DNA of 64,000 nt from an uncultured Christensenellaceae bacterium (lineage in GTDB: Bacteria > Bacillota > Clostridia > Christensenellales > Borkfalkiaceae). The stretch spans positions 15,057 to 79,056 of the forward strand of contig CAJUOI010000003.1 of the NCBI GenBank assembly GCA_910588615.1, in the 5' to 3' direction. This document shows, piece by piece, positions 50,515 to 58,481 of the stretch; within the stretch, counting starts at the first letter, position 1; each line of letters starts with the position of its first letter. The position numbers and the translations under genes are program-made. A model generated the notes under the pieces. It ran no database searches. It saw nothing but the letters and a program-made list of their open reading frames with translations, and had not been told where the DNA came from.

Positions 50515-51737
50515 CTTTTTAACAACTCCTCTTTTTCGTATGCTCTGATTTCGGACAGATAGTCCTCTTTCGCTCCTTCTCGTTTTAAGTACTCTTTCCA
50601 CACCGCGCCGAAAGGCAGATCCTTTCCTTCCTCCTGCTTTACCATAAGCGCAGTGAAGTCCGCGTTGTCCTGCAATTTCTTCAACCGATCGTGGTCGATA
50701 AGCAGCGCATACAGCAACGCTTTCTGCATTGCCCTCTGCCCCGTAACCCACGCAGACAGGCGGTTGATACTTGCGTCGAAATAGTCGAGACCGATCAAAA
50801 CTTTTTCCGTTGCGTTGTTGCGCACGATTTCCTTTGCGATCTCTTTGAGTTCGTCCTCGAACAGTACGACGTGGTCGCTGTCCCAACGCACGCCGCGCGT
50901 AACGTGCAGAGCTACTCTGTCATAAAACGCCAAAAGTGCGGGGATCTTATCCGAAACGTATTCGAGCGGATGATAGTGCCCGTTGTCGAGCAAACAGCAG
51001 ATATCGTTCTTTGCGGCGTAATTCTGATAAAACTCGTTACTGCCCACCGTATAACTCTCAACGCCTATCCCGAACACCTTACTCTCCACCGCAACGACGA
51101 CTTTATTTCTATCGTAATCGCAGGACAGGATTTCGTCCAAGCTTTTTTTCAGGCGCAGGCGCGGGGTCAGTCTGTCCGCAGGCACGTCTTTGAAACCGTC
51201 CGGAATCCAGATATTCATAAGACAGTGCGTGTTCATTTCGCTTGCGAAATACTCCGCGATTTTCAAACACGCCTTGCAGTGCCGTACCCAGAATCGGCGG
51301 ATATTTTCATCGGGGGAGGATAGCGTCAACCCGTCTTTTACGTTCTTATGAGAAAACATCGTCGGGTTGAAGTCGATCCCCTGTAAACCGAGTTTCTTTG
51401 CAAACTTCACCCATTCGGCAAAATGCTTCGGCTCGTATTGGTCGCGGTCGCAATCCGCGCCCACCGCATAACTTGCGTGCAGGTTCAGCCGTTTCGTGCC
51501 GGGCATAAACGAAAACGCCTTTTCGATATCCGCCTTCAACTCCCCGAAGTTCCGCGCCCTGCCTTTGTAGTTCCCCGTCGTCTGAATACCGCCCGACAGC
51601 GCGCCGCCTCCGTCCAAGCCCACGACGTCGTCCCCCTGCCAGCAGTGGACCGACACGGGAATTTCTTTGAGTTTTTTAAGCGCGGCTTCGGTGTCGACCC
51701 CGTAAGCGGCGTATTCTTTTTTTGCCTGTTCGTACAT
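50511..51737 (-). CDS. rhaA: L-rhamnose isomerase
   Basis: 408 aa with the typical VSVHCWQGDDV and following blocks. Confidence 0.9.
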   Translation of the reverse strand: MYEQAKKEYAAYGVDTEAALKKLKEIPVSVHCWQGDDVVGLDGGGALSGGIQTTGNYKGRARNFGELKADIEKAFSFMPGTKRLNLHASYAVGADCDRDQYEPKHFAEWVKFAKKLGLQGIDFNPTMFSHKNVKDGLTLSSPDENIRRFWVRHCKACLKIAEYFASEMNTHCLMNIWIPDGFKDVPADRLTPRLRLKKSLDEILSCDYDRNKVVVAVESKVFGIGVESYTVGSNEFYQNYAAKNDICCLLDNGHYHPLEYVSDKIPALLAFYDRVALHVTRGVRWDSDHVVLFEDELKEIAKEIVRNNATEKVLIGLDYFDASINRLSAWVTGQRAMQKALLYALLIDHDRLKKLQDNADFTALMVKQEEGKDLPFGAVWKEYLKREGAKEDYLSEIRAYEKEELLKR

Positions 51738-51740
51738 GAT

Positions 51741-53039
51741 TTACCTCTCCATTTGGATTTTTAAGTTTCCGAGCGCCGTAGCCTCAATCGGGATCGCCTT
51801 TACCTTGATTTTGCAAACCTCTTCCGTAAGCTCGTTCAAAAGCTTGTTCTTTGCGCCTCCGCCCACGATATAGAGCGTGTCGAAATCTTTTCCGCTATTT
51901 CGCTTCAATTCATCCAACGCGGTTCGATAGGTTACGGCAAAACTGAAAAACGCACATCGGAAATAGTCTCCGACCGTCTGCGGTTTATCGCTTAAACACG
52001 AATCAAACGCCTCCTTCATACTGTCTGGCGCAAGGAATCTGCCGTCGTTTACGTCTACGCATCCCCGATACGCGCTTCGCCTCGCCTCCGCCTCGATTTG
52101 CGGAAAGGACTTTTCGGGGCAGAGCTCGCCGCGCAAACGGTTGACCACCCACATACCCATAACGTTCTTCTGATATCGGTAATAACCTACACCGCCCTCG
52201 TTGGAATAATTTGCCGTGCGGCTGTTATCGTCCGTAATTGCGCTCGGCACCTTCAAGCCCAGAAGCGACCACGTTCCGCTCGAAATATAGGGGCTGTTTC
52301 CCTCCATAGGAATCCCCTCCACCGCGCTTGCCGTGTCGTGGGAGGCGCACAGCACCACCTCCGTCTGCCCGCCGACCGCCCTTGCGATTTCCGGCTTTAA
52401 CTCCCCCACGCAAGTACCCGCGGGGTATAGTTTTCCGAATAGCCTTTCGGGCAAACCGAGCCGCGCGATGATTTCCCCGTCGTACTCTCCCGTTCTTGCG
52501 TTGACGAGTCCCGTCGTGGTGGCGTTGGTATACTCGTGCAGTTTCCTTCCCGTGAGTACGTAATTAACATACTCCGGAATCATCAGAAAATCCGTTGCGC
52601 CGTCTAAAATGTCGGACAATTTATCGTCGTACAGTTGATAGACGGTATTGAAGGGCTGAAACTGGATTCCCGTTCTTGCGTACAGCTCCCGGAAAGGCAC
52701 GGCTTCATGCACCCGCTCTATCGCCCGTTCCGTGCGCCGATCACGGTAGGCGTAGCAGGGCAAAATCTCTTCGTCCCCGCTCATTAAAACGTAGTCCACA
52801 GCCCACGTGTCCACGGCAAGCGATTGAATTTGCGGATACCTTTCAAACGCAGCTTTCACCCCTTTGATAACGTGTTCCGCAAGGCTCTCAATATCCCATA
52901 CGAGATGCCCGTTTACTTCCTTAACACCGTTCGGAAAGCGGTATACCTCGTCCGTTTGAATTTGGTCGCCCTCCTTCCAGCCGACGATATGCCGCCCGCT
53001 CGACGCCCCGATATCGATTGCAAGATAATACTTTTTCAT
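51741..53039 (-). CDS. rhaB: Rhamnulokinase (FGGY family)
   Basis: LAIDIGASSGR, GTWSLLG and IVGGGAKN motifs, in rha context. Confidence 0.85.
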   Translation of the reverse strand: MKKYYLAIDIGASSGRHIVGWKEGDQIQTDEVYRFPNGVKEVNGHLVWDIESLAEHVIKGVKAAFERYPQIQSLAVDTWAVDYVLMSGDEEILPCYAYRDRRTERAIERVHEAVPFRELYARTGIQFQPFNTVYQLYDDKLSDILDGATDFLMIPEYVNYVLTGRKLHEYTNATTTGLVNARTGEYDGEIIARLGLPERLFGKLYPAGTCVGELKPEIARAVGGQTEVVLCASHDTASAVEGIPMEGNSPYISSGTWSLLGLKVPSAITDDNSRTANYSNEGGVGYYRYQKNVMGMWVVNRLRGELCPEKSFPQIEAEARRSAYRGCVDVNDGRFLAPDSMKEAFDSCLSDKPQTVGDYFRCAFFSFAVTYRTALDELKRNSGKDFDTLYIVGGGAKNKLLNELTEEVCKIKVKAIPIEATALGNLKIQMER

Positions 53040-53109
53040 AAGTCCCGTCTATTATATCATAATTACCCAACAAAACAAGGTCATTTTTTTAGATAAAAAC
53101 TGACTGTAT

Positions 53110-53138
53110 TTGACTTTACGGATAAAGTATGCTATACT
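53110..53138 (+). promoter_or_regulatory. Sigma-70-type promoter of the AraC-family (rha) regulator
   Basis: TTGACT, a 17-nt spacer, then TATACT, ending 6 nt before ATG 53145. Confidence 0.5.
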
Positions 53139-53144
53139 GGTTGT

Positions 53145-54098
53145 ATGGAACAGGAATTAATGAAAGCGCTGAGCGAGCTCACCGACGAGGAAAAAGACGT
53201 CTTAAAGGGCAAAGGAATACAAAAAACGAATTATTCGCAGACGGAACGTTTTATCGTCGACGGCAAAAAACTGCTGGAAAACCAACCGTTCAACCTTCGA
53301 CGGCACACACGGTTTATTGAATTTCCGGAGCACGGGCACGACTATATGGAAATGATGTATGTTTATGCAGGCACCGTTACGCATTGGATCGGAAAAGAAA
53401 AAATCAAGCTGCAGCGGGGAGATATTCTGTTTTTAAATAAACATATCCGCCACAGAATTATTCGGGCGGATACACAGGATCTCGGAATCAATTTTATTTT
53501 GTCGGATACTTTTTTGCAAACGCTAATGAACGGCGTAAACAACAATCCCGTCATGAAACGCTTTCTCGAAGAAAATCTGACCGAATACGGCGAAGGGGAA
53601 TATCTGTACTTTCAAACTCAAAATAATTTTTGCATTCGCAATCTGATGAACAACCTGATTTACGCCATAGTAAACCGCACCAAAGAACTGTACGGCGAAA
53701 TTTTAGCGCTTCTCTTTTCATATCTCTCATATTACGAAAACACCTTGGTCAACGCCAGCCGTTATTCCACCCCCGAGGCGCGCTTTCAAAAGGCGGTGCT
53801 TTCCTATCTGGAAAGCAACTATCAGACTGCCACGCTGAAAGAACTCGCAAAAAACATGGGTTATAACGAAGCATATCTTTCGAGGCGGATCCGCCTTACG
53901 ACGGGGACGGACTTCCGAACGCTGTTGCAAAACAAACGAATGGATTGCGCCGCCGACCTTCTCTCATCCACCGCCCTTACGGTAGAACAGGTGATTCACG
54001 CGGTCGGCTACGAAAACCAAAGCTTTTTTCACCGCAATTTCCGGTTGCGTTACGGATCAACTCCGCTCCGATACCGAAAGCAGTTTACAAAACAATAG
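53145..54098 (+). CDS. AraC-family regulator (RhaR/RhaS-like by context)
   Basis: Cupin-like N-terminus (EFPEHGHDYMEMMYVYAG) and a C-terminal AraC HTH (LKELAKNMGYNEAYLSRRIR..GYENQSFFHRNFR). The start may be 53160. Confidence 0.85.
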   Translation: MEQELMKALSELTDEEKDVLKGKGIQKTNYSQTERFIVDGKKLLENQPFNLRRHTRFIEFPEHGHDYMEMMYVYAGTVTHWIGKEKIKLQRGDILFLNKHIRHRIIRADTQDLGINFILSDTFLQTLMNGVNNNPVMKRFLEENLTEYGEGEYLYFQTQNNFCIRNLMNNLIYAIVNRTKELYGEILALLFSYLSYYENTLVNASRYSTPEARFQKAVLSYLESNYQTATLKELAKNMGYNEAYLSRRIRLTTGTDFRTLLQNKRMDCAADLLSSTALTVEQVIHAVGYENQSFFHRNFRLRYGSTPLRYRKQFTKQ

Positions 54099-54122
54099 AT
54101 AAACCCTTAACGCACTCATTCT

Positions 54123-55031
54123 TTATCGGTGAAGCACCTCGTCAAGCGTCGGGATAGACGAGGACGCGCCGATACGGGAAACGGTGATCGCCGAACACCT
54201 TGCCGCAAATTCCAACGACGACGCAATGCTATACCCGCTTGCTTTGCGCACCGCAAGCGCACCGATAAACGTATCGCCCGCCGACGTCGTATCGACCGCT
54301 TCGACCTTTTGGGCAGGGCAATAAACGCAATCTCCATTGAGATAATAACACCCCTTCGCGCCGAGCGTGATCAGCGTTTCACGTACGCCGTGGTCTGCAA
54401 AAAATGAGTATACGCGCTTTGCCGCATCCTCGCCGTCGACAGAAATTTCCGCAATCAGCTCGCACTCCGTTTCGTTTAATACGATTAGGTCGGTATATTT
54501 TAAAAACTCTTCTCCGATCTTTACGGCGGGCGATGGGTTCAAAATCGTATACATGCCCCGTTCCTTCGCCTTTTTTAATCCCTGCCGTGTGGCGTCCAAC
54601 GTAATTTCGAGCTGTGTAATAAACAAGTCGCCCTCTTCGCCATAAGAATCCAGATAGTCCAAAAAATCCTCATATTCTACCCGTTCGTTAGCGCCCAATT
54701 CCACCACGAGCACATTGTCGTTTTTGCTTTTGTCCAATAAAATCATGCACACGCCGCTGTTGCAATCCTTAACGGAGACCGCACTTACTTCGACGCCATA
54801 CGACGACAACGAGCGCAACAAATCTTTTCCGAACGAATCGTTACCCACCGCGCCGATAAACGCCACCCGTTCGCCGCCGAGCTTTTTACAGGCGACCGCC
54901 TGATTTGCGCCCTTTCCGCCCTGATTGATGATAAAACGACTACCTTTTAACGACTCTCCCGTCATCGGCATTCGATCCGCCGTCATAACGAGATCGGTAT
55001 TGATGCTTCCGAGTATAAATATTTTTTTCAT
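54123..55031 (-). CDS. rbsK: Ribokinase (PfkB family)
   Basis: ILGSINTDLV, GGKGANQAVA and DTTSAGDTFIGAL motifs. Confidence 0.85.
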   Translation of the reverse strand: MKKIFILGSINTDLVMTADRMPMTGESLKGSRFIINQGGKGANQAVACKKLGGERVAFIGAVGNDSFGKDLLRSLSSYGVEVSAVSVKDCNSGVCMILLDKSKNDNVLVVELGANERVEYEDFLDYLDSYGEEGDLFITQLEITLDATRQGLKKAKERGMYTILNPSPAVKIGEEFLKYTDLIVLNETECELIAEISVDGEDAAKRVYSFFADHGVRETLITLGAKGCYYLNGDCVYCPAQKVEAVDTTSAGDTFIGALAVRKASGYSIASSLEFAARCSAITVSRIGASSSIPTLDEVLHR

Positions 55032-55056
55032 GCTTTTCCCTCACATTCCGCACAGT

Positions 55057-55740
55057 TTATTTTATAACGGCGCGCAGCGCTTCAAGCCCCTGTTCCAAAT
55101 CGGTTGACGGAGCAAAAATACTGCTCGTGCCGCCGACGAAGATATCCGCACCGTTCTCCCGCATGATCTTTGCATTCGGATAACTGACGCAACCGTCCAC
55201 CTCGATCATCACGTTAGCGTTCCCGTTGCCATCAAGATAGTTGCGGGCGTCGCGGATTTTTTCGAGCGTCTGGCTCACCACTTTTTGTCCCGCGAATCCG
55301 GGATTTACCGTCATCAACAAAAGAAAATCAATATCGCATGCCAGATAATCGAGTACGTTCAGCGGCGTAGCAGGATTGAGCGCCAGCCCTGCTTTAACGC
55401 CTTTGTCCTTGATTTTTCCGATTGCCCTTTGCACGTGCGGCGTACTCTCGTAATGCACGGACATAAGATCTCCTTCTCTCAAATCAAACCAATCGATTTT
55501 CATTTCGGGATCGGTGATCATCAAATGATAATCGAACGGGATTTCCGTAATTTTACGGATCTGCCTGATAAGACTCTCGCCCAACGTGATATTCGGCACA
55601 AAGTGGCCGTCCATAATATCAAGGTGCAGGTATTCGACACCGCACCGTTCAAACACTTCGAGCGTTTGTTTCAATTCGGTAAAATCGGCGCACATCATCG
55701 AAGGCGAAATTTTTCCTTTTATCATATGCCCTCCCATCAC
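55057..55740 (-). CDS. rpe: Ribulose-phosphate / allulose-6-phosphate 3-epimerase family protein
   Basis: ISPSMMCADF, LHLDIMDGHFVPNIT, VNPGFAGQ and VDG motifs. The start is uncertain (GTG 55740, ATG 55737 or ATG 55725). Confidence 0.85.
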   Translation of the reverse strand: MMGGHMIKGKISPSMMCADFTELKQTLEVFERCGVEYLHLDIMDGHFVPNITLGESLIRQIRKITEIPFDYHLMITDPEMKIDWFDLREGDLMSVHYESTPHVQRAIGKIKDKGVKAGLALNPATPLNVLDYLACDIDFLLLMTVNPGFAGQKVVSQTLEKIRDARNYLDGNGNANVMIEVDGCVSYPNAKIMRENGADIFVGGTSSIFAPSTDLEQGLEALRAVIK

Positions 55741-56204
55741 TTATATAAAGGTCCGAGATCGCGGCAAGCCATAAAATCGGTGCCCTGACGGCTTTCGTTC
55801 CCATACGCAGACCACACGTGAGGGCGAAAAATCCGCTCGAAAGCAACGTTATGCAAACTGACGGGAATGCGCAGCATACTTGCAAACGCCAATACGTCCG
55901 CGCCGATATGTCCGTAGGTAAGACAACTGTGGTTGGCTCCCCAATTCGCCATAACGTCGTACACGCTCTCGCACCCCGCCACGCCCGTATTCGGAACGAA
56001 GAATGTAGAAGGCCACGCCCTATCGGTGCGTTTCTCGATCGCATCGCTTACCTCGCGCGGCAAATCGACGGAATACCCCTCTACAACCTGCAACACGGGA
56101 CCCAATTTGTTGACGCGGTTCAACCGCATCATCGTCATGGGCATTTCCGCACGCGTAACGAAGTGTCCGCTGAATCCACCCGCCTTGAAGTATTCGAGAT
56201 TGGC
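55737..56204 (-). pseudogene. fucI: 3' fragment (C-terminal ~155 aa) of L-fucose isomerase
   Basis: ANLEYFKAGGFSGHF..VYDVMANWGANHSCLTYGHIGADVLAFASMLRIPVSLHNV..ACRDLGPLYK matches the C-terminal domain of the ~590-aa FucI (E. coli sequence recalled from memory). Homology stops at about 56204, where element sequence begins. Confidence 0.8.
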
Positions 56205-56758
56205 AGGATTCTTCCAATTTCGGGATAACTCAATCCCGCCATTCTGCATTCAAGCGCAATTCGCATATTATCGGTCAGATTTAGGCTCTCTACGATTTTA
56301 TCGCATTGCTCATAGTCTTGTTGGACTTCTTCCTTCATTTCGACTGTCGGTTCGCTTTTCCGCGTTAATTCTTCGAGGCTGATATTGCGGTAACGGTCGC
56401 GTGATTTCCTGTTTATCAGTTTGTTCATTCTTCTAATGCAAGCCATCTGTACGGTGATCTTCTTGCCTTTCTTGGTATAGCCTATTATTTCGTTTAAATG
56501 CTTTCCGTAGTGCTCGCAGAGGCACAACGCGCATTCCTGTACCAAATCGTACCCGTCGCTTAATGCGCGGGTTACGTCGTTTTTGTTCAAGATGTCCTTA
56601 TACAAATCAATGTACATCTTTTGCATTTGCGTTCCCATGTAACCTATGAGATAGCGCGTTTCCGTAAACGCTATGATTTCCGCCATAGCGAATACGTTGT
56701 CGGGTGTGATTTCCTCTTTCATTACTTCGTAATTGAGGAATGTGCTTTTGTTGTTCAT
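56205..56758 (-). pseudogene. Sigma-70-region-4-like regulator, copy A, 3'-truncated at the fucI junction
   Basis: About 60-65% identical by eye to copy B (60407..61060) up to ..LSYPEIGRIL. It then reads through into out-of-frame fucI sequence (track ORF 56135..56758). Confidence 0.75.
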
Positions 56759-56768
56759 TTTGGATTTC

Positions 56769-57020
56769 CTCCGATTGTTTTATTTGCCTTTTCGGCAACC
56801 ACAACGGAAGCACGAAGAAAAGTTAAAAAACATATTCTTCGAGAACGGCAACACGGAAGTCAACGACCAAGAAAAAAGTTTTGCATAAAAATAACGCCTA
56901 ACGGTTTAGTTCCGTTAAGCGTTATTTTCTTTTATTCAAGTCGTGCGCAAAAGTTTTTTCCGTTTACTTCCGCTTTTCTTTGTGCTACCGCCTATACCCG
57001 AAAAGGCAAATCAATCGGAG
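56769..57020. repeat. Imperfect inverted repeats (56769-56795 and 56998-57020) bracketing 202 bp with a central hairpin, upstream of sigma-like copy A
   Basis: The left arm is CTCCGATTGTTTTATTTGCCTTTTCGG. The reverse complement of the right arm is CTCCGATTGATTTGCCTTTTCGG. The proximal arm contains the SD of copy A. Confidence 0.7.
56888..56928. terminator. Long hairpin with flanking A-run and T-run (bidirectional terminator-like) at the centre of the IR-bracketed segment
   Basis: 17-position stem with one mismatch (AAAATAACGCCTAACGG / CCGTTAAGCGTTATTTT) and a 7-nt loop. Confidence 0.6.
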
Positions 57021-57054
57021 TGTCCATAAAAATGTGTTACAGTCTTGATACAAG

Positions 57055-57175
57055 CGCGGCGGCTTCGCCGCCGCGGACCAGCACACGCCGCAACGCAACT
57101 GAACTCACTTACAAAATAACGAAAATCGGGCGACGGAGCGGGCGTTCGCCGCTAAACCGCTTGCGAACCGCCCGC
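57055..57175. other. Paired GC-rich hairpins H1 (57055-57075) and H2 (57138-57175), element copy 1
   Basis: H1 has a 9-bp stem CGCGGCGGC/GCCGCCGCG and loop TTC. H2 has a ~12-bp stem GCGGGCGTTCGC/GCGAACCGCCCGC (one bulge) and loop CGCTAAACCGCTT. Their homologues are at 62586-62686. Confidence 0.7.
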
Positions 57176-57269
57176 GCTTACCGTCGCGCGGTATTCCGAT
57201 TTTGATCCGTATTTTGACATGCGTTTTTTCAGTTTTATCGCGGCGTCCCCTGCCCGTTCTTCTATCGAC

Positions 57270-58316
57270 TTATTGTTTCTTATAATATTTCGTATTACGC
57301 GCCGAACCGATTTTAACGATCTTGCCTTCTTTTACCATCATTCCCAACACTGCTTCAACCGTTGTAGGCGATACGTCTACCAACAAATTACATATTTCTT
57401 TTTTTGAAATCGGTAGAAACGCATTTAATACTGTTTCCTCAATTCGTTTTGTCTTTGTAATTTTACCGCTGTTTAACGTCAAAAAACGTTTATCCAGCTC
57501 TTTATAGCAACAATACAACGTGAAAACAAAATTCTCCATAAACGGTAAATAATTATTTCTATTTTCATGCCATCCGACAGACGATTGTTTTAATGCTTCG
57601 TAATAATTCCCTTTCGTCCGATTAATCTGTTCCTCAAAAGAGATATATTTGGAAATATCAAATCCGCTCTTATAAAGCAATAACAGCGATAATAACCGCG
57701 ACATCCTTCCGTTTCCGTCGCGGAACGGGTGTACGCATAAAAAGTCCAAAACAAAGCAGGGTATCAAAAGCAGTTGGTTAATCCCCGAATCGTCTCTCGC
57801 TTCCGTATATGCCAATAACAGTTGCTCCATCGCAGAAGGCGTTTCTTTTGCCGATACGGGAACCCAACGCACACGGCTCGTCCCGTCCGAATAAGACTCG
57901 CGTATGATATTATCTTCCCGCTTATAAACTCCTCCCCGCATATCTGTATGAGAAAGCAGAACTTCATGTAAATGCAAAACCGTTCTTTCATTCAGCGGAA
58001 TACTTTCATAGTTTTCATGGATCAATCTTAAAGCATCGCGATATCCTGCTATTTCCTGTTCGTTATGATTCAACGGTGCCGAACTGTTTTTAACGATCTC
58101 CTCGATTCTCTGATCGGTCGTTATAATTCCTTCGATTGCATTACTTCCCTTTACCGACTGAACGATTGCCAACTCTTGCAATTTCGTAAAAATTGCAGGG
58201 AAATCCGTTTTTTTCTTTTCCTCCTCACTACGCAAAGCATAAATTCCGTTTGTTACCGATAAAAAGGATGTCGGCACAGTCATTGCTTTCAAAAACTGAT
58301 AATCATATTTCCTCAT
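57270..58316 (-). CDS. Fic-family protein (class II, internal inhibitory helix) with a C-terminal winged-helix domain
   Basis: Fic motif HPFRDGNGRMSRLL and inhibitory motif SNAIEG ((S/T)xxxE(G/N)). ATG 58316 follows GAGGTG and lies downstream of the consensus promoter. Confidence 0.85.
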   Translation of the reverse strand: MRKYDYQFLKAMTVPTSFLSVTNGIYALRSEEEKKKTDFPAIFTKLQELAIVQSVKGSNAIEGIITTDQRIEEIVKNSSAPLNHNEQEIAGYRDALRLIHENYESIPLNERTVLHLHEVLLSHTDMRGGVYKREDNIIRESYSDGTSRVRWVPVSAKETPSAMEQLLLAYTEARDDSGINQLLLIPCFVLDFLCVHPFRDGNGRMSRLLSLLLLYKSGFDISKYISFEEQINRTKGNYYEALKQSSVGWHENRNNYLPFMENFVFTLYCCYKELDKRFLTLNSGKITKTKRIEETVLNAFLPISKKEICNLLVDVSPTTVEAVLGMMVKEGKIVKIGSARNTKYYKKQ

Positions 58317-58339
58317 TCTACACCTCAGTATCTGCACAT

Positions 58340-58368
58340 ATTATAGGATTTTTTATGCAAATTGTCAA
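58340..58368 (-). promoter_or_regulatory. Sigma-70-type promoter of the Fic gene
   Basis: The minus strand reads TTGACA, a 17-nt spacer, then TATAAT. It is flanked by repeated TATGCAAATT motifs at about 58354-58363 and 58404-58413. Confidence 0.55.
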
Positions 58369-58481
58369 CAAAAAATCCACTCGAATCTGCATATTATTAA
58401 AAAAATATATGCAAATTCATTATCGTTATTTCAAGATAGTCAACTATTTGAAATAAGGAATAAACAGCAGTGATTTTTATT

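Noticed and set aside
56621-57205. 194-aa plus-strand ORF, and the 130-aa plus-strand ORF at 62553..62945.
   Set aside because: Both run through the leader/hairpin regions (the second also antisense into the Rep copy 2 3' end) and are Arg-rich with no motifs. The open frames are best explained by GC-rich palindromic DNA. Only the short SD-ATG at 57017-57035 is kept, as a note inside the IR finding.
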